IMG/VR virus record: IMGVR_UViG_2778261163_000008
Location: 1-20,117 of that record
Source: a virus
Lineage: Duplodnaviria > Heunggongvirae > Uroviricota > Caudoviricetes
Strand: one strand, 5' to 3'
Length of the DNA: 20,117 nt
The translations under genes and the position numbers were made by a program. The number at the start of each line of letters is the position of its first letter. Position 1 is the first letter of the stretch. This document shows positions 18,064-20,117 of the stretch, in pieces. The notes under the pieces are model-generated. The model worked only from the letters and a program-made list of their open reading frames with translations, searched no databases and was not told the DNA's origin.

Positions 18064-18663
18064 TTATGCATTAAGAAGGGTCAAAAGACGCTCACGCGCC
18101 ATTCGTTCGTTAACAGCTTTCTTCAGCGCACCACTCGCCCGCGCTTCCTGCCAGGCTTTCATTGAGCGGACACCAGAGTCTGCGTCCTGATAGGCCGGAT
18201 ATGTCACCGGGCTGACGTCATACAGACGAGAAATGCGCGTGATTTCCCGGATAACAATCCCCTCGTCGTCTTCATACCAGCTCTCTCCGTCACGGGCGAC
18301 ACGAAACGCGAACGAGGACTGATTAATGTCACCACGCAACATTGGAGACAGCACCAGGTCACAAATAGTCGGAGTATCCGGTGCAACAATGTCATAACGT
18401 AAACCGCGTTCATCCACCGACAATGACAACGTGCCGGCAGAACTTCGTCCGAGAATGAAATTAGGATCATGATTAAACAAGCCACGTACATCATCATTCA
18501 GTACATCATCAAAAGCCCCCGGCTTGATGATTTCACGAAATCCCCACAGAGGTTCTGAACGACTGTTAAATACCGAGCCATACCCCAGAATGTGGGTCGG
18601 GGCATTATCATATTGTTCCGCCCGCACCTCCCCGCTGTAACAGCGCGTTTCACGGTCATTCAT
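18064..18663 (-). CDS. Prohead maturation protease, HK97 family (S78/U35-like), 199 aa
   Basis: Position between portal and major capsid; size and sequence pattern typical of HK97-type prohead proteases; ATG lies within the last codons of the portal gene. Confidence 0.8.
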   Translation of the reverse strand: MNDRETRCYSGEVRAEQYDNAPTHILGYGSVFNSRSEPLWGFREIIKPGAFDDVLNDDVRGLFNHDPNFILGRSSAGTLSLSVDERGLRYDIVAPDTPTICDLVLSPMLRGDINQSSFAFRVARDGESWYEDDEGIVIREITRISRLYDVSPVTYPAYQDADSGVRSMKAWQEARASGALKKAVNERMARERLLTLLNA

Positions 18664-19882
18664 CGTTCTTTTCCTCTTTGCCTTTCGTATCTTTAAAGTT
18701 ATTCAACGGATTTGCTGCATTTACGCTGACCAGCATTTCATCCAGACCGTCAACCGGGTTCATATCCTCAAATGCCCTGGCTTCATTCCGACTCATCCAG
18801 CCATCTGTAATGGCAAAGTGATAGAACTGCGCACGCTCCTGTGGGGTCCCACGGAGCAACCCCGTGAGGTTGAAACGAACGTAATACCCGGCAGCCCGTT
18901 CTGTACGGGTAAACAGGCGACGGTTAAGCTCCTGCTCCCAGTTCGCAACCCAGGGCATCATCGTGTAGCGAACAAACTGAATCGCCTGCTGCGTAATATT
19001 CGAAAATGTGGCTTTTTCCAGGTCATTAATCATGTGCGCCGGGACATTAAAAATCCCGGCAATCATCGACCGGTTCAGCTTGGTCATATCAATGATCTGA
19101 GCATCCACCGGAGAAACTGTCAGAGCGCGGTAATCCAGTTGCGCAGGCAGCAACATGGTTTTATTTTCCTGGCTGCGAAGCGCTGTCACCGCCCGCTGCC
19201 ACATATTTTTAAGCCTGCCCCAGCTTTGTTCGTTCAGTTCATTTTTCACAGAAATAATACCGGCAGGACGGGCATTACCGTTAAAAAAGGCGCTGGTATA
19301 CTGCTGGCCACTCATTCCCATACCAATGGTTTCAGCATGCTGCATGATCGGGCTCAGTCCCATTTTCTGATTGTTTCCCAGCGCCCTGATATGGATCATG
19401 TCGTCCGGACTTACCGCAAATGCACCCTCTTCGTTATACACCCCGTAAGTATGACGCCCACCGGTGTTAAGTAACGTGGTTTCCCATGGCATACAGCATT
19501 CAAGGCTGGTAACCTCTCCACGACGATTACGTTTTACCCACGTATAACCATTGCCCCACCCCAGCACATGACGCTGCTTCAGTTCCCGCCACTTATAGCT
19601 GGTCTGCCAGGCATTCGGTTCATCATGAACGAGCCAGAACAACGGATGATCGCGTGCAGGCTGAACATGCTCATTCGTTTTTCGCATCACATGCAGGGGC
19701 ATCTGAGCCACACTGGATGAAATAACATAAATACAGGCATAGACAGCAGCCAGCTTCATGGATGTTTCCGGACTGACATACACATCCCGGGCAAAAATAT
19801 TATCCGTCTCAGCGGCCTCTCCGGTTACCGGAACCGAGGGATTTTCCAGAGGCTCACTGCGAAACAGAGCATCAAGAAGCAT
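18656..19882 (-). CDS. Portal protein, HK97 family, 408 aa
   Basis: About 400 aa protein upstream of protease and capsid; sequence pattern typical of HK97-family portals; GAGGAG motif 5 nt upstream of the ATG. Confidence 0.85.
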   Translation of the reverse strand: MLLDALFRSEPLENPSVPVTGEAAETDNIFARDVYVSPETSMKLAAVYACIYVISSSVAQMPLHVMRKTNEHVQPARDHPLFWLVHDEPNAWQTSYKWRELKQRHVLGWGNGYTWVKRNRRGEVTSLECCMPWETTLLNTGGRHTYGVYNEEGAFAVSPDDMIHIRALGNNQKMGLSPIMQHAETIGMGMSGQQYTSAFFNGNARPAGIISVKNELNEQSWGRLKNMWQRAVTALRSQENKTMLLPAQLDYRALTVSPVDAQIIDMTKLNRSMIAGIFNVPAHMINDLEKATFSNITQQAIQFVRYTMMPWVANWEQELNRRLFTRTERAAGYYVRFNLTGLLRGTPQERAQFYHFAITDGWMSRNEARAFEDMNPVDGLDEMLVSVNAANPLNNFKDTKGKEEKNDE

Positions 19883-20117
19883 GTTTTCTCCTCATGGACA
19901 CCACCAGTGCATAAAGCAGCAACAAACAGCCCGACAGCATCAGAGACGCTGGCAGACCTGCATACAGATAAACGCCAGCAGTGAGCAAACCGAAACCGAT
20001 CAGCCCGGTCATATCAGTAATACCGGAAAGCGCAATGTGTTTTAGTAGCGAAATGCGGCGCGGGTCGGCGAATAATTTTTGTTGGAGCTTAAGGGTGAGA
20101 AGGATTTCGGCCTGCAT
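19872..20117 (-). CDS. Chimeric ORF: ModE N-terminal 32 residues fused in frame to a 49-residue hydrophobic tail (81 aa); probably a junction artefact rather than a native gene
   Basis: First 32 residues MQAEILLTLKLQQKLFADPRRISLLKHIALSG match the N-terminus of E. coli ModE as I recall it; the rest (ITDMTGLIGFGLLTAGVYLYAGLPASLMLSGCLLLLYALVVSMRRKHAS) is unrelated and strongly hydrophobic. The stop overlaps the portal start. Confidence 0.45.
   Translation of the reverse strand: MQAEILLTLKLQQKLFADPRRISLLKHIALSGITDMTGLIGFGLLTAGVYLYAGLPASLMLSGCLLLLYALVVSMRRKHAS
20022..20117 (-). pseudogene. modE: 5' fragment (codons 1-32) of molybdate-responsive transcriptional regulator gene modE, truncated at a junction with prophage DNA
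   Basis: Recalled identity of the encoded 32 aa to the ModE N-terminus; similarity ends abruptly after ...HIALSG at about position 20021. Confidence 0.5.

Larger units (their letters stand above)
1..20020. mobile_element. Lambdoid prophage late/structural region (HK97-type head genes plus lambda/Rac-type tail and tail-fiber genes); apparently incomplete at the head end
   Basis: Contiguous, co-oriented minus-strand genes in canonical order portal-protease-capsid-connector-tail-tape measure-M-L-K-I-J-lom-stf-tfa; translations recognisably match lambda J, I, K, L, M, H, Lom, Stf, Tfa by recall. No terminase ORF upstream of portal within the window. Confidence 0.9.

Noticed and set aside
1-20117. 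CRISPR arrays, tRNA/rRNA genes, integrase, att sites, transposases, or toxin-antitoxin/defence systems
   Set aside because: No direct-repeat/spacer arrays, no cloverleaf-sized conserved intergenic segments (intergenic gaps are all under 80 nt), and no ORF with integrase, transposase or defence-like features were seen; the window is filled by structural genes.

Overview
The window is almost entirely the late structural module of a lambdoid prophage (Enterobacteriaceae-like codon usage), with every real gene on the minus strand. Reading 5' to 3' on that strand (high to low coordinates): a 5' fragment of what I recognise as host modE fused to a short hydrophobic ORF; HK97-type head genes (portal, prohead protease, major capsid protein with N-terminal coiled-coil delta domain); head-tail joining genes (gp6-like connector, head closure, HK97 gp10-like, tail terminator-like); then a lambda-type tail module (major tail V with Ig-like C-terminus, G/G-T chaperone with an A_AAA_AAG -1 frameshift site, tape measure H, M, L, K, I, J), followed by lom, side tail fiber stf and tail fiber assembly tfa. 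No terminase, lysis, replication, integrase, tRNA, rRNA or CRISPR features are visible. The most unusual observation is the abrupt junction near 20020: the first 32 codons of modE run directly into phage-side sequence about 140 nt upstream of the portal start, which suggests a deletion or rearrangement boundary and a defective prophage lacking terminase. Other points worth checking are several intrinsic-terminator-like hairpins on the coding strand inside the late operon, the terminator-bracketed lom moron, and a mosaic side tail fiber. All plus-strand ORFs look like antisense artefacts. All homology calls are from reading the translations and recalling protein families; no database search was run.
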